DNA of 64,000 bases from Raillietiella orientalis (Eukaryota). Every line of letters begins with the position of its first letter. The stretch's first letter is position 1. The position numbers and the translations under genes are program-made. This document shows positions 24,676 through 39,600 of the stretch, piece by piece. The notes under the pieces are model-generated. The model made no database searches. It was given only the letters and a program-made list of their open reading frames with translations, and had not been told where the DNA came from. The stretch lies in contig JAYWIR010000013.1 of the NCBI GenBank assembly GCA_036172245.1, forward strand, positions 2,294,001 to 2,358,000, written 5' to 3'.

Positions 24676-27600
24676 GTCCTTTTCTTCTCGGTTGTTTTCC
24701 TGCGAAAGATTTTTCGTTTTCATAGCGATGGTGACATGGAATAGGTGTGTGGGTAAGGAAGGATTGGCAGGAGAATCTGGAGCATCCTCAAAAGGGGTGA
24801 TATAGCGCCTCCGTTCCTAAAGGAACCCACCTCGGAAGAAAAAGGAAGAAAGAGAAATAGCTCACCTCTCTCTGTGGCCCCTTAGTTAGGATTTACTGAG
24901 ATCCTGGTCCCAGTGAGGCTCAGGGATGAATAGGAATGTCTTTAGGAAAAAGTATCTTCCATCTTCCTTGCTATTCTCCCGACGTGAAATCGAGAAAGAC
25001 AAGAGATTGAGATTATGCTGGATGCAGTCACGGAGAGAACAAACGTCCCAAACACCTTGGGAACGTCCAGAAGCAGAAACATGGAACTCGCAAGAGGTTC
25101 TGCCAAGATTTTGAACGGGATCCGTTCCATAAAGTCTCATTCCAGATTACGTGTGTAGCGACATGGATGCACTAAAGAGATTTTCCTCTCGGCGAAAAAT
25201 TCCCAACCAAAGGGCAAGAAAAACTAACAGGACCAGAGGCACTGACAGCGAAATGGAGGAGGTCCGAAAGAGGTTCACCAGGGAAAAGAGATGGGAATGA
25301 GATTTCTTCATTAGAAATTCTTATTTGCGTTCAGGAAAGGTCAGAGTTACCTACAATTGTGAAAGACAAAATAGTGGAAGATGGTGATCGGACTCCGACA
25401 CAGCAGAACGAAATCCTGAGAAGCAGATTCGAATCGTAGGCTGATCATAATGCAGTTTGTAAAATCAATTAGGAAAAGAAGAAACGTTACCCAGCGATTG
25501 AGATAGCTGTTCAGAGGGACTTTTCATTCTCCAGAAAAAGGACATTCGGGGTAGCATTCATCAAGGAGCAGAGAAAAGATTTGTCTCTTTGACATTTCTC
25601 CGCCATGAGGAAACAGTAAAAAGTAGGAAACGTCAAAGATGGTCAATCAAACGAGTTGCAAGCGATGCAAGCAACCATGTAGCAAGGAAATCGGTCCTCC
25701 TGCACCTTAGATATCTGTGAGACTGATGCTGCAGGAGAGGCTTGCGCGTAGGGAGTAGTTTGTGATTTATGGGAAAAACAAGCCACTAATCGGTGGGAAA
25801 CATCCTAAGGGAAGCATGTATAAGATACTGCAGGGTGTGAGGAGTTGTATATTGTTTTCGACAGCGATTTTTCCGGTGTTTGTAGCCAGTAGGAAAGTAA
25901 TTTGGTCTTCCAGTTTTTATGAGGAATATGAAACAACCTGAAGAATTCTCATCCTAAAGAACCGTGCATGGAGATGCTACTTGGATTCAGACGGATGTCT
26001 GGAGAGCAAGAGTGATGTGCTTTTCAAAGTTGCAAATAGAATTTCCTATGCTGCAGTCAAGGATGAACTCAAAGCCGGCTCCTGGAAAACGAGGAAACCA
26101 AGTTGCATACCTTTTCAAATTATCAACAGTTTAGATGAAGCAATATCCTAGTGAAAGGCATTTATGATACTTTTAATGATAGAAATAGGAAACGAAAACT
26201 GTGACTACAGCATTACATAAAGTACAAAATAAAAAGGAAAGGAAGACTGCAATTTGAATTTCGTTTAAAGAGTGTAGTCGACCTATTATTGTATTACTGT
26301 TTATGTAAAGAAACCAACGTTTGATTCAGAGGAACGAGACCTGGAATTTGCTGGGTTTATCACAGGACATGACTTTCTTTCTTTTTTTTCCAGCTCAATG
26401 CATGATTTATTGATGCTGATTTAATGAGGTGATGACATGGTTCTTCGTCTAACTTATAATTTAAATAACAATTTTCCTGTTTAGTGAGCATTAAATATTG
26501 AAGAATCTTCAATAAAGGATTCGAAAGCAAATTAGAGGTTTTAAAGAAATGTACTTTGGAAATTTGTGAAAACAGAAAACATGAAAGTAGAGTGAAAAGA
26601 AACAAAAGTAGAGTGAGAAGGAATCAAGAAGAAAAAAAGTGCATCAAGAAGAATTATCAATAAATTTTCTGGTCACAATGGATGTTGCAAGGAGGAATAG
26701 TCAGAAGAAGACTTTTTTCCGAGCGGGAATCTACTTTCGAGTGATCATCGCCTTTACATTTACTACGGTAGTACACTCCCATTTAAAAATGTAATACAAC
26801 AGATGAAATATTTAAGGGAACAGGCAGAGCCATATTTCTTTTTACGTTGAAAACGAAGGACGGAAAAGTTCTTGAATATTCGTGTCACTTTCGAATCAGA
26901 GGCATTTTTAATGGAAATGGAAGACCGTAACCTGCTCACAAGAAGCTCAAGATTTAAAACAGATGATGTACTACTTCCTATGAAGGAATGTAACTGACAC
27001 CAGAAGGACTTTTCAGGAATGTAACTACTACTGATTCTGAACCATCCCCGATTGTGACCCGTGTGGTTATTCCCGTGTTTCCAGAAAACTTGTTCTTGAC
27101 GGCATGAAACAGTGAGGCCAGTCGCGGTACGAGATTTGTGCAGTTCATTTTGGTCAGATGTGCCAAATAAGTACCTTGCCTTACGAATTCCCTACTGTTC
27201 AGCTTTTGGAATTTTGCATTCGAGATATCTCTACACCACACTACTACGAATTTCCTTTCCCGGGACGATCTCATTATTCGGTGTCGTCTGAATCGTTCCT
27301 TTCCTTTCTTTCTGTAACGCGTCTCATTCCTTGCGATTCTGAATTTTTTCACCTCTTCGAATCCCCCCCCCCTTTTATTCCTGAATTGCTGTTCCTTTAA
27401 ATCCCGTCGCCAGAGCTTGCCCGTTTCTATATTTCAGAACTGGTGAAATTCATGAACTAATGGAGCGGGTAGGTGAATTCGGATCAACTTTTCGTTTGTT
27501 CCACGAGCACTGTTGCGGCGGATTTTCGTCCGCTCCAGTGTTCCCATTCTCTGGAATAAAAGATAAATGTGCAATCCTTTGCGATGGATTAAACGTTTAT

Positions 27601-28146
27601 TCCTGACGTTCCAGATTCCGGTGCCAGGCAAATACGTTATTAACAGATGACTCATTAAAAGATCTCGTTTACAAAAGTGCATTGGGGTGTATATCGATCG
27701 AGTTTTAGGCCACATAATGGGGAATGTAATTAGTAGAAATGGGCAGGATGGAAAAAGCCTCTGATGCAACTGTGATTCGTTTTCGTGCCCGTTTTTGATT
27801 TAAGAAAAAAAAATTCCTTGTGAAAGTGATAGTTTAATAAGAAGCAGGTGTGAATGGGAATGAAAACCATTTGGAAGAATCGCGTGTGCATATTTTGTTC
27901 TTTTTTTCCATTAAGGTAGTGGGCATACAAAGTTATGGACAAACTTGTGAGTTGGGCTTGGGTCGTCTTTCGACAGGTCTTCTAAACTGTGTAAGGAATA
28001 TTAAAATAAATAATGAGACATAAAGAAGCGAAAACATTCGCATTTAAATTTTCGATAAAGCTAATCTGCACTCTGCAAGAATCACAAGGCCTAAAAGTTT
28101 ATTGTTTTTAATTTCGTAACCGCTGCGTATTACTTGGAGTGCGGAT

Positions 28147-31100
28147 ATGAAGCAAAATCAGCCCGTCAAACCCAATCAAGATAATTCATTTATCACTGGC
28201 ATATGCATAGTACAGGATCCCTCAAAATGCCCATTAGGATATACTGTGGTAAGTATTTTTTTTGTTCGGTTCACCATTTACAAATGTTCATGTCCGGAAT
28301 TTTATTATAAAACGGTTATTGTGTGAAAGTAATCATGTGGTCAAAATTTTGTAGTGGAAATCTAATGGTAGAGTTTCAAGAGTCTGGGTTTCATTTTTCA
28401 AGCATATCGCATTTTAGATTGATAAAACTTATGATCAAGATACAGAAGCTGATTTATGGAAACAAGGATTTTTTGAGGCACGCCAGACACGATATTTGTG
28501 TGTCTCGAAAGCTGGAGGAAAACCGAATATGCTTGTGGATTCCATACTATTACTGAGTGAACGTGATTTTGTCCCTGATAGATTTACTGTCATTTCCCAC
28601 ACTGTTGATACTCGTAAGTAGCATTGGTTTGTGATTACGGTCAAACATTGAAGAATTTTCAAAAATTTAATCATAGTACCATCCCCAAATATTGAATGTC
28701 TTTAACTGTGTTTGTTTTTATTGGAAGTAAGTAAAGCATTATGCTGCATTGTATTTGGTTATACCAGATGCCCTTTGGTACCTGGTTACCATATTTGCTC
28801 TGGTTTATAAGCGGTTAAGTCATGGCAGCTGTCATCAAACAGGAAGTCAGCATAATGTCAGGTTTATCAGCAATATTCATCCATGAAATTTCAGCATAAC
28901 ATCAAGTATGTTAAACGGACACTTTTCTGTTTAACATACTTGATGTGAATTTTACTATTAAGTATTAATTTCTGAAATGATTAAATGTTCCTTTGGACAT
29001 CTAAGTTGTCGAAAATCTGCTATGGATTTGAGAACCTATTCTTCTCCAAGACCTAGGTCTCAGATTCTGCAAGTGTCTTATGTAACCAGTCACAATCTCT
29101 GTAGTTCCATTATAGTCCAGGAAAATGTAATAAAGATGCAGTTAAAAAGGAAGCTCATTACTCATGCATATAGAATAATAATAATGTTTTGTTGCTAAAA
29201 TACTTGATCACCTACTCAGCAACAGCAGATTTTGTGCACAGTATGCAAAGAGCAGTAAGAATGAGTATTATGTAGATTTCACTTTGTTGTATTTAAATAC
29301 ATGAGCATAACTTAAGGCAAAATCGAATATCGAAGGTTTTAGTAAATAATACTGAAGGTGTTGAAAATTTGTATTTCGACTTGACTAAATCATACTCAAA
29401 TTAAGGAAAATCTGTGTCAATCCTAATTTTCTTTTGAAAATAGTGGATGTAATGAAAGTATTCTTTGAAAAGTTTTTCAGGACAATTATTTTTGTATAAT
29501 ATGATATTCATGAGCTGACTCCTCATTTGCTGTTGTGTTTAACAGTTGAAAGAATTACTATGTTCCATTGTTTCATAAGACTGGTTTGTATTATAATTGA
29601 AATCTTTGTGACATATTAATTCCCTTATTATTAAATACCAACACCAAATATTCCTCAGATCACAGTATACTTGTATCAAATTTGACAAAACATTTATACA
29701 ACTGCAAACAGATTAAATTTTTACTTCAGTGGGAACTTCATGTGAATTAAATTATAATTTGTGAAATTAAATTTTAGTTGTTTAGGAAATAGGTGTACTG
29801 TAAGCTCTTCATTTTCTAAGGTCAAAAAGCTCTGAAAAAACGCCAAATATGTTATCGCCAGGTGGAATCAAAGTCAGCATCTTCTGGTGCAGTAGATCTG
29901 ATTCTTATTAGACAAGCAAAGAATGCTCCAGAAAACTACAAGCTTGTTGGGTGAGATTTAACTCTAATCAGCTTCATGTTGTGTTGTGAATATGTTATGC
30001 TGAAATATTTGCCAATTATGAATTTAATGTATAGGCAAGTGAATTGCCGTTTATGTAATTGTGAGAAAGGTTTGCAATTTCGAAAACATGATTTTTGTGA
30101 TTAGGTGTGTTTATATTCCTTGTGGCATAATTTATGGTAGATTTTCTAGCAAAATTTAAATTAGTAAACTTGAATTTGTGATATTACAAATAGTAGAGTG
30201 TATCAAAAAGTGATGTGTTTTCTAGTGTTCATTCTTGAGTGGTGTTTTGGGATGTGGAACAGTGAGGATGAAGACCTCACTCTTGAAAATTATAAAGCAC
30301 AGGAAAATGTGTGTTGTTACATTGTTCATTTTCCAAGTTGATTTTCTATGTCATTCTTCTTTTGCTCCAGGTCAAATTTTCCTTAATCTTCTAGCCGTTT
30401 ATTACCCCAAATGCTTATGAGCTACACCTTTATGACATATGAACTTATGTTTCAGTAGTTGCCTTAAATTTTTAAAATAGAAGCCCATCTCACTGCTTCA
30501 GTGCTCATAATCAGTTTGTTGTTTTTTGTTATGTGTTTGCTGATTTTTTTCATTTTTATTCTGGATAGGGGGAACGATATTTCTCTGGTGGGTGCAACTT
30601 AGATTTTTTTAAAGTGGAACACATAACTTGCTTTGATACCCAGGATCCAAATTTGATGCATAATTGTATGTTGCAAAATAACATATCCAAATTTTTCATG
30701 AAGTGTAGTATTTTTAAGATGTGGTTGATCATTTTCTTTCAAGGCCCTGTTTCAGTAAACTTTATGGCTCATTTGAGTTGAATATGCACTATTTCTTTTC
30801 TTCCCTCAATAGATTTGCAAAGTTCTGTATTTGATGAATCTATTCTGAATACTTGCTTCTCTTTATGTTTGCATGGCAGTTTTTGCTATCCATTTCATCA
30901 ATTCTGACATCTGTGTTTGTGAGTTGCACTTTCACTGTGAAAACATTGCTTTTCATATTAATAGGTGTACTTCTTTAGTGTAGTGTAGCACTGTTTCTGC
31001 TTTACCACCTTGCTCCTGTGTCCTGTGTGTTTTAAACGTTTTCTCATATTTTCTTTTATTTTAGTCATGTCTTTCATCTTCACAATTACTTTCATGATTG

Positions 31101-33096
31101 GATTATCAGTCATAGCTTACTTGGCTCTGTTTTCTAAAATCATTCAATGACTGGTATGTTAATTATTTTTGCATAATTGTAAAGTGATTTTCCTCAAGAG
31201 ACATTTCAGGCAGGGCTTTTGTTGATCTGTTTGCCAGTTGGAACTTTAAAATGAAAGTTGCTTCTATGATCAGTTATATTTCTTGTAAAATCTTTATTAC
31301 TCCCAAAAGTTTACCAGACACAAGCAACCTATTTTCTCAGTTGCCCATTTTCAGTCAGAAATTTACATCATCTGGTTCCCCTCAATTAAATATAATGAAA
31401 CTTTGATCAGGACCTGTTTTATAAACATTATCCTTTATAAACATCTCAAAAGTGATCAGAGTTAAAGAACTTCGTTGATGGTTTGATTGTTAACATTTAT
31501 GTAATAGGTACCATCAAAACTTAAGTGTAGAAGAAGTAAGTAGTCGATAAATATAAAGCAGGAGTGTGAAGTAAAAAGTCTCTCCAGGAAAAAAGAAAAC
31601 AATTGTATAGACTCCTTATCAGCTTAAATTCTTGAATTTCACATGTATGTACAAGGCTAGTGGTAGCAATATCAGAATATACATCCATGGACACATGGAT
31701 CTTAAAAAAAAAAAATGTAAAGTCACCCATAATTCGACTAATTTAGGTGGTGACTGATCTATTGTCAAATCAGATCCTCAATTGCATTTCATCCTCAATC
31801 TATCATTTCTGCCAGGGTGGAATGTGTCTGATACTATAATACTGACTATCATGTTCAGATGCAAGCACCTTGCAATGATGAATTAAGTAATCTGTTAGCT
31901 TTTAATAGACGTAATTCATTCCAAAACGAATTTAAAGACTACAGCTTTCAGGATACATTAGCAGCCTTTTTACGTATAACTATATGCATTAACAAGTGTG
32001 TTCATACTTTTTTTATTGGATTTCAGGATAGGTGGACAGAAGTCACTTCAGTTATTGTATAAAGTTGATTATGTCATAAACCTACATGTCATGAAAACAC
32101 ACTGACGCAGATAAAACTTATTTAACTCCAGATCTTTTGAGATACGAGAACAGTTGCTTTCTCCTCACAGAAGTGCAGCATCATTTGAAAAATGCTCCGA
32201 AGGTTCCGAGCAGATGAGCCACACATACATTCATTTCAATATAGAATGGCATCATTCAACTATTTTTAGCGTACTACGTGGTTACATTATTAATGTCTAT
32301 AAAAATAAAGGATCCTTAAATTTAAGGATCCCTTTAACGTTAACATTTAGGAAAATAAGGAAAAATTTAAGCATTTTGAACTGTTACTAGTTCGATTATT
32401 TTACGCAAGTTTCCAAAAAGTCAGACATTCATGTGCTTTTGTCATTTTAGTTGCTTTCATTTTTGGGGGATATAATTATTATGGTAGCGTAGTGATGAAA
32501 TGTTTTGTAATTATATATCTTATGAAATCACTGCAAAAATTCTAATCAGTTTTCATAGGGAAATTGATGGTCTCTATTTGATGTATAGGATGGAACCATT
32601 GTATTCAACTAATTGCTCATCAAACGCAAAGTAAGTTGACCTGAATTAACAAATCAGATGTTCGAACATTTTCGCTCTAGTTCATTGTATCCCAATTTAT
32701 CTTCCATAAGCTCTTTTCCGAATTCAGTTTCCAGACCAGCCCCTCAACCACCGTATGTTCATAGGAATGTTGGAACTCTGGGAATGCTATCAGGTTGCTA
32801 AGCTAAATACACGTTAATGGTACATGTTTATTTGTAGCCCTCGATGGAGTCCCGTTCGTTCTGCATTCCCGATATCGAGGTTTCCAGAAGACTGCTATGT
32901 CTACTGTGAGTAATGTTTGTGAAGTCTCCAGTTTCTTAGTTTTCCTTTAGCCATTTATGACACATAACTTTGCCTACAAGTCCCCTCAGGAATTGGAGAA
33001 AGAGGTAAACGTCCAGTGTGTGACATGCATATAATATTGTTCTTGCAGTATGCATATGATTTCAGTACAGAATATCAAGTTATAGATAGAATGTAG
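28147..33096 (+). CDS. MVB12: Multivesicular body subunit 12 (ESCRT-I; MABP and UMA domains), about 260 aa, 8 exons; missed by the ORF track
   Basis: ITGICIVQDPSKCPLGYTV/IDKTYDQDTEADLWKQGFFEARQTRYLC (MABP); KALKKRQICY; UMA region SALDGVPFVLH..KSPQELEKEYAYDFSTE. Exons: 28147-28248, 28418-28613, 29821-29950, 32559-32630, 32681-32793, 32838-32905, 32951-33004, 33049-33096. All GT-AG and phase-consistent. Confidence 0.93.
28899..28946. repeat. Inverted repeat, 21-bp stem, in MVB12 intron 2
   Basis: ACATCAAGTATGTTAAACGGA-CACTTT-TCTGTTTAACATACTTGATGT; outer 18 bp perfect, one G-T pair. Confidence 0.9.
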
Positions 33097-34399
33097 CAGT
33101 TCCAATCGCAGATTTCCAAATCAATAGACACTTTTTCCATTTAGAGATCAGCATGTAGGTAAACCCAATGAGATTGCCTTCGTGAGAAGCACAAGCATAT
33201 CCCATTGCTTCTCAGTCTTTTGACTAACAGCAAAGTGTAGCACATCCCATTTTGAATGTTGACTATTTTGAGTTTCTTGCATTTCCAATTGTAAGATTTC
33301 AGGGAAAGTGGAATTTTATTACACAAAGAAAGCAGCTAGTGAACTAGAAAAGATCTGTGCTTTTGCTAATGTTTTTGTATCAGTCCCATCTGTGCCATGG
33401 AAGAAAATTAAATACTTCATTCATTGAGTACGTCGGAATCATTTTTTAATACCTTATTTTTCAGTTGAATTTATGATTACACAAAATTTTTTGAAGGACT
33501 GATTTAGCCCAGTGTGTAAGTTTCTCTCTCTCTCTCCTGAAATTGCTAATTTATAAATTCTAAAAACTCCTGGATGCTGCTTTGTGGTGTAGCCTTTACT
33601 GTAGGAACAGCGGAATGCTTTATTACAATCCGTTGCACGTTGCATGTCCAGAAACATATGGCCATTAAGTAGCTGCAAAGTTGCACTACTATGGGAGTTG
33701 TACGTACAACTTCTAGTGAAAGGGTACCAAGTAACTGTAAAGTGCGATCCAGATTACATCATGGAAAGCTGTAGTTTCTCTCAGGAGAGTTTTTAATACG
33801 CCTTGATTCCCTGTATCTTTGTAAACAAAGTACCCCATTTTAAGAACACTGCTTTTAATCATCCTGTTTAGAGGAGTATGCATTTATGGAGTAGATTCCT
33901 GCATCTTGCTGCGCCGTAGTTCGGCAGAAATCCCAGCCTTTCAGAATTCCTTTCAAATTTTTCCATCCAGTTCCCTACTCGCAAATGCAACAAGGACTTG
34001 AGGAGTCCATAACCGTAACAGAAGTGCAAGATGATGATTCTGGCTCACCCAGTTTTATCAATCTAAATTATTTGTTCGGGGCGTGAATTGCGTCACGAAA
34101 GCGGCAGCTCGAGTTTTTGAGCTGCCGCTGTCTTTGGAGCTTTCGTTGTCACCTCTTCGAAGTGGCACATGCAGACGTTTGTTTGTGCGCGTGCAAAACG
34201 GTTACTTTGTGTTGGCAAGACAAAGCCTCAAGTGCCAAAACAAAATCGCTCTAGGGTTTTGACGCTCAGGTCTCAAGCATCAAGCAGGTAAAGTATAGAC
34301 GAAACAGAAAACATGCTTGTCTTTAAGGGTTCCATTTCCTTCTTCCCCCCCCCCCCCCTTCCCCCTTTTTCCATGTTTTTTTCCTGAAAGACATCTAAG

Positions 34400-35660
34400 G
34401 TGAAAAGTCGTGCCGAATGCTGCAGAGATTTGTAATTCTCAAACGAAGGTTACGCGCGTGGCATGGAAATTTTGTGCAGTTAAGACCTGCAGCCGTGTTT
34501 TTTTTGTGGGAGTGCAGGCGAAAATGCAGAGCAGTAGCCGACCTGGCAAAGGTCCAGATACGCAAGAGGGGGCCCGTGCCTGCGTGACTTCACATGCAGA
34601 ATCGATTGAATGCCGCCACCCCTGGCGCCGGCTTAACTCGGAAGACTCGCATGCGAGAAGAGATTTCTTTCCCCCTGCTGCCCGGTGGCCGCCCCGAAGG
34701 GAATCGGCGCGGCGGGTGTTTCCACGAGCGTTCTTCGCCGGGAACACTCTGCACGGCAGATAAGTGACCTTAGCCACCATGGCGACCCGTGCAGGATTTC
34801 GTCAGAACTCGAGTCATGGTGAGCGAGGAGGCTGCCGCTTGTGAGCATCCGCGCGCGTGCTGGTGGTTCGCTTTCCGCGCAGCGACGAGCAGCTGCCAAG
34901 GCCAACGGCGATGGGGAGTTCCGCTGAAGCGTTCTTTCCAAAAGGAAATAATAATGAAGTTGCAGGTTCTTCGAGCAGGCTCCCTCAGGACGGGATCGGA
35001 CCAAGCGCGTGGGCCTTAAGCGTTCCAATAACCTCGGGGACACGGAAGGTCGCGTTTCGCCCCCCGGGAAACAGCAACCGCAGCCGTTGGTTGGAGCTCG
35101 CGCGCACACTTTCGATGTTCCACATTCACGCGGAGCCAACGAGTCGACCTGCGGCACGGGGGGCCCAGGAGGAGGGCCGCCCGTAGAATACGAGTGCAAA
35201 GGTGAGAGGAATCCACAAGGTGACTCTTTCCGGAGGAAGAGACGTGGGGCACCCGTCCAAGAGCGCGCGGGGTCGACGCGCCGCGCGTGCGCTGCCGCAG
35301 CAGTCGTGTCCCGGGGATGCGCGCTCGCGGTGTCCTGGTAACGTGGTGGCAGAAACCGAAGCCATGGTGACTGCTCTGCTCCAGCACGCTGAAGGTCACG
35401 GCGACGTCACCCTGGCAGCATGGGGTGCTGCAGAGTTGTTGTTTTGCTGCATTGGGGGTACTGAGCTTCTTGCAGTTGAGCAGGTCGTACGACAGCTTGT
35501 TTGCCACTCTTTAGCCTACCGATGCGTCTGCTGTGACTCGGTGGTTTGAAACTGCAAATGAAAATGCATGGTGAATTCGAAATTGTGGTTTATTTCTGAG
35601 TGGTGAAATTCAGCAGTTTCAACGAAACGAGTCACGGCGGCAACTGCGTGTATTATTTCT
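34400..35660. promoter_or_regulatory. CpG-rich island upstream of PRDX6
   Basis: Abrupt GC/CpG-rich block ending about 200 bp before the PRDX6 ATG; no recognisable protein in its ORFs. Confidence 0.4.
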
Positions 35661-35842
35661 GCTTCTGCCGCATGTAGTGCATTTTTTTTCTTCATTTCTT
35701 TTCTTTTCTTTTCTTAGAGTGATAAGATTTGTTGTGGGCCGTATTTGTCGAAAGTAATTATAGATTTGTACCCGCATGAAATAAGCAATAAAGGAAATAC
35801 AATTAGGTGTACTTCAAAACAATCAGAGATTTTGATTCAAAC

Positions 35843-36684
35843 ATGAAGAAGCCTATATTGCTCGGAGATGTATTTCCCAATCTGAACTTGGAAACGACGC
35901 ATGGCAATTTCCGGTTACATAACTGGATTGGAAATTCGTACGTTCCCTAGAAAAACATGCATTCAATAAAACGACTGGTTCCAGATGGGCCATTGTTTTT
36001 TCCCATCCCGCAGATTTTACGCCGGTGTGCACTACAGAGCTTGGCAGAGCTGCTCAACTCTTTCATGAATTCGAGAACAGAAATGTGAAACTTCTTGGCC
36101 TCTCATGTGATTTGTTGACTGCACATCATGCTTGGATTGAGGTGAGATGCTTAGTGTATTGCAATGAACTTCTTGTTAGGACATTAAAAAATATAGCAAA
36201 GTTCATGGCAATTGGCCATTCCCTATAGCAAGTGACCCTAAAAGAGTCATAGCAGAGCAGTTAGGAATGTTGGACCCTGTGGAAAAAGATCAAGCTGGTG
36301 TGCCTCTGACTTGCCGTGCATTGTTTATCATTGGTCCAGATAAGAGCTTGAAAGCCTCTATTCTATATCCAGCAACAACAGGAAGATCCTTTGAGTATGC
36401 ACTATAGCTTTCATGCTTAGAATGTAAGTGCTGTTTGCAGAGAAATTCTGCGTGTTGTTGACTCTCTGCAATTGACTTCCTCCCATAAAGTTGCAACACC
36501 TGTTGACTGGAAGGTTAGTAAACAAAACTGTTGGAAATGAAGTATTTTGTTGTAGCCTGGCAAGGAGTGTATGGTGATTCCAACTTTATCTTCTGAAGAA
36601 GCAAAAAATTCATTCCCAGAACATTCAGTTCTTGATCTTCCATCAGGGAAAGATTACTTGCGTTTAACTCCTCAACCAAAATGA
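35843..36684 (+). CDS. PRDX6: 1-Cys peroxiredoxin (peroxiredoxin-6), 222 aa, 5 exons
   Basis: LLGDVFPN, FSHPADFTPVCTTELG (peroxidatic Cys), IIGPDKSLKASILYPATTGRSF, VATPVDWK, LPSGKDYLRLTPQP. Exons: 35843-35937, 35985-36141, 36180-36394, 36441-36513, 36556-36684. Introns of 47, 38, 46 and 42 nt. Confidence 0.97.
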
Positions 36685-39600
36685 GATGTTCCAAATTTTA
36701 ACATGCAGATTTACTTAAATTTTGTTTTTTGTTTCCACTTACTCTTTTCATCATCATTGTGTAGTCCATGTTTGTTTTTTAGCCCATAGAAATTGGTTGA
36801 AACAAGTTCAGCAGTAATGAAATTAATGTTTCTCGAATAAATTTTTAACAAAGTTATAGGTACAGGAGTTTTTTGAATTTTGTGCTAATCTTTGATAAAA
36901 CCATGCACAGACATTTGGATTCCTATGAATCGCATCTCGTGAATAGCAAGCATCAGTACATAAAGGCAAAGGAAGGAAAGCTCACAAGGAATCTGTTGTA
37001 TGTAATTGTAGCCAAGTTTTCTTTTTTTCTCTGAATTTAGAAAACAATTTCTTGTTTCCTTCACCTTATTGTTTAGCATCATTGTCATTCTGTTGGGCTG
37101 GTTTTGGTTTCAATAGCACAAATGCAGAATACACTGAAGGATTCAGGTCTTTGTTAGAATGTAATTCCTTTCTAATGGAACAGAAATATTTTCAAGCACA
37201 TCCCATGAGAGGAATGCTATTGCCTTTGAAAAATCTAAAGGAAATATGGAAATTAGCATGCATAACTATGGAACTAGAAATCAATGAACTCATACTCTCC
37301 ATGAGTTTGGAAGGCACACAAAGATATTTTCGTTGCAAAAACATAGAAAACATGGGAACTCTAGCATATGTAAAACTAAAGCACTCTATGATTCTGCATC
37401 CATAATTTCAGCATCCCTGTACAGAGATCTCTTGTTCAAATGGAAGCCTCAAATAAATGCAAAAATTTTGTATCCACACAAAGGGTATATTCAGTTCAGA
37501 AGACGAATAAACAAAATTCGGAAATTAATCCAATTCAGTTACAAGGATACCTGCTTTAATCGTTTGGGAATCTGTTTTCATTACTTGCATACATTTATGA
37601 CGAGATTGTATTTGGTGCAATGTGGATCAGGGACGTTGCAACCTGTAAATACGTTTGAGCAAATGCATTTTTCGATATCGGCATAATGGATATGTCCATT
37701 TGTATTTTAGTTCGATGGTTGGGATTCCAAATTTTAATCCACCTATTCACATCGATGACCATGACTGACGAGCCTTGACTTATTTATCAGAAACACCATA
37801 TTCTAGGATAATATTGCGCAGGAAAATATTAACTGGGGAGCATTGTACGCGTTTATCGTCTGCGGCACAAAGGGTCATAGGGGAGATGGGCTATTTCGAT
37901 CCTGCGTTTTTCAGGTAGTTTGCCTGCAGTGCAGGAGTCCTCTTGATCTTGGGAACCATCTTGCTGTCCTCATCATGGAGCAGACGAAACTGACAGCCGT
38001 CCTCTGATGTTGCTGCTGCATCACATAAAGGGTCGCAACTGCTGCTCGCTTATAGCGCGGTGTCGTTGACAATGTGGCGTCCAAAAGGTCTTGCATAGTA
38101 AAGAATAGTTGCAGAAGCTTCCGAAGGATGTTTAGCGGGCGCGGGATGGCTGCTGCCACACGTTGCCATTCACTGTGGAGGAGCTCGCAGCCCCAAAACA
38201 ACTACGGTGGCGATTCGTTCTTCCCGCACCTGGCACAGTTCAGGGACGCCTTCCTCCTCATCCAGTGTACCAACGTCGCAACTGCCAACCGGCAAGGCGG
38301 GTGATCTCTTGCTTCTCGGCGAATGGTCGATGGACGCATCGATGCCCAGTGTCCATTCCAAAGGACTGCTCCCCTGGACCGATCTTCTAGACATTCCTCC
38401 CTAGGAGGTCGTCAGCACTTGCCAATTTGCCGGAGGCATGTCAGCGAAAACCGAATATCAAACACCTCACCTCCTCAGTGTAGTATTAAGGTGATTGGGG
38501 ATATGGCGAAATGGCCACACCTGAGGCAAGATGCTAAGGAGGACGCCATCTGCATCTCCCAGACGCTGCTGAAGGCGCAGCCGGTTTGGCCGGTGACCCA
38601 TTTCCCTACCTCTCGTTTTTATTTATTTATTGTTTCCTCCCTCTGTGGTCCTTTCAGGTGATCTGCGAGTCCGAGGTTCATTCCCTCTTCTTAGACTGTT
38701 GTAATTGTAGGACGAGTGTTCCTTGTTTGTTTGTTTGTTTATTTTTTTCTTGGGGACAGCAACGCCCTGGTGTTACCGGTGGGAATGGTGTTAGCGTGCG
38801 TTGCAGGAGGCAGCCCAATGCAGCGATTACGACTTCGAGTCCCGCCACTCGCATCGCAGGCCACGTACTCCATCCCAAAGACCTGGTGGAGGTCTTTGGG
38901 ACGGGCGCAGGACCTCGTTGTACTCCAAACGGGTGCTTTCCTCAGGAGGTCCTCGGTCCGCTTCTTCACTCTGGGAAAGGACAGACAAGAAGCAGAGGCG
39001 AAATAAGGAAGCCACGAGTGCGTTCCACAGAGAGGTCCATTATCACAAAGGAAACCTGCGGCGCATTGGAACGGGTGAAGCGCCTGCTCGGTTGTTCGGA
39101 TGGCAGCCGGACTCTGACATCTCCCAACGGAGAACCAGGGTACTTGAAGCACTTGACCTCGGGGATTTCCAAGAGGATCCAACCCGCTTGTCCATGTTGT
39201 GCCAACAGAAACCACCGCGACCTCGTCTTGAAGAGTCACACGCAGTTTCGGGTGGCATGGACATCTTCAAGGAGCTTCGTGAGCCGCCAGGCGCTCAACG
39301 ATTCTTCAGCACTCCTTGAGAACCGGAAAAAAAAAAAAGCTAGAAGGAAAGCAGCGGAAGCGGAGGAACTCCAAAGGGTTTCCCTCATCCGAGGTCCGAG
39401 AGTGTTCCCTCCTGGCCATCTTGAATGCATAGCACTTGCGCAGCTGCAAGTGCCCTTCCCAATCGCATTCGTGGCACTTTGTCTGGGGGCGAGCTGCTAC
39501 TGTGCGGCTGGAGTGCTTGTGCCTCACGAGGAAAGTAGGCTGCTGCCTACACCTGATGTCCGATTCCTGGTAGGTGCGCTTCGGTGTCTACCGCACCCGA

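Noticed and set aside
25762..26151. About 130-codon + frame with one internal TGA (selenoprotein or readthrough)
   Set aside because: No family match, no Sec-like context or SECIS seen; compatible with chance or decay.
31875..32110. C/D box snoRNA in MVB12 intron 3 (ATGATGA)
   Set aside because: No CTGA D box at a suitable distance and no terminal stem.
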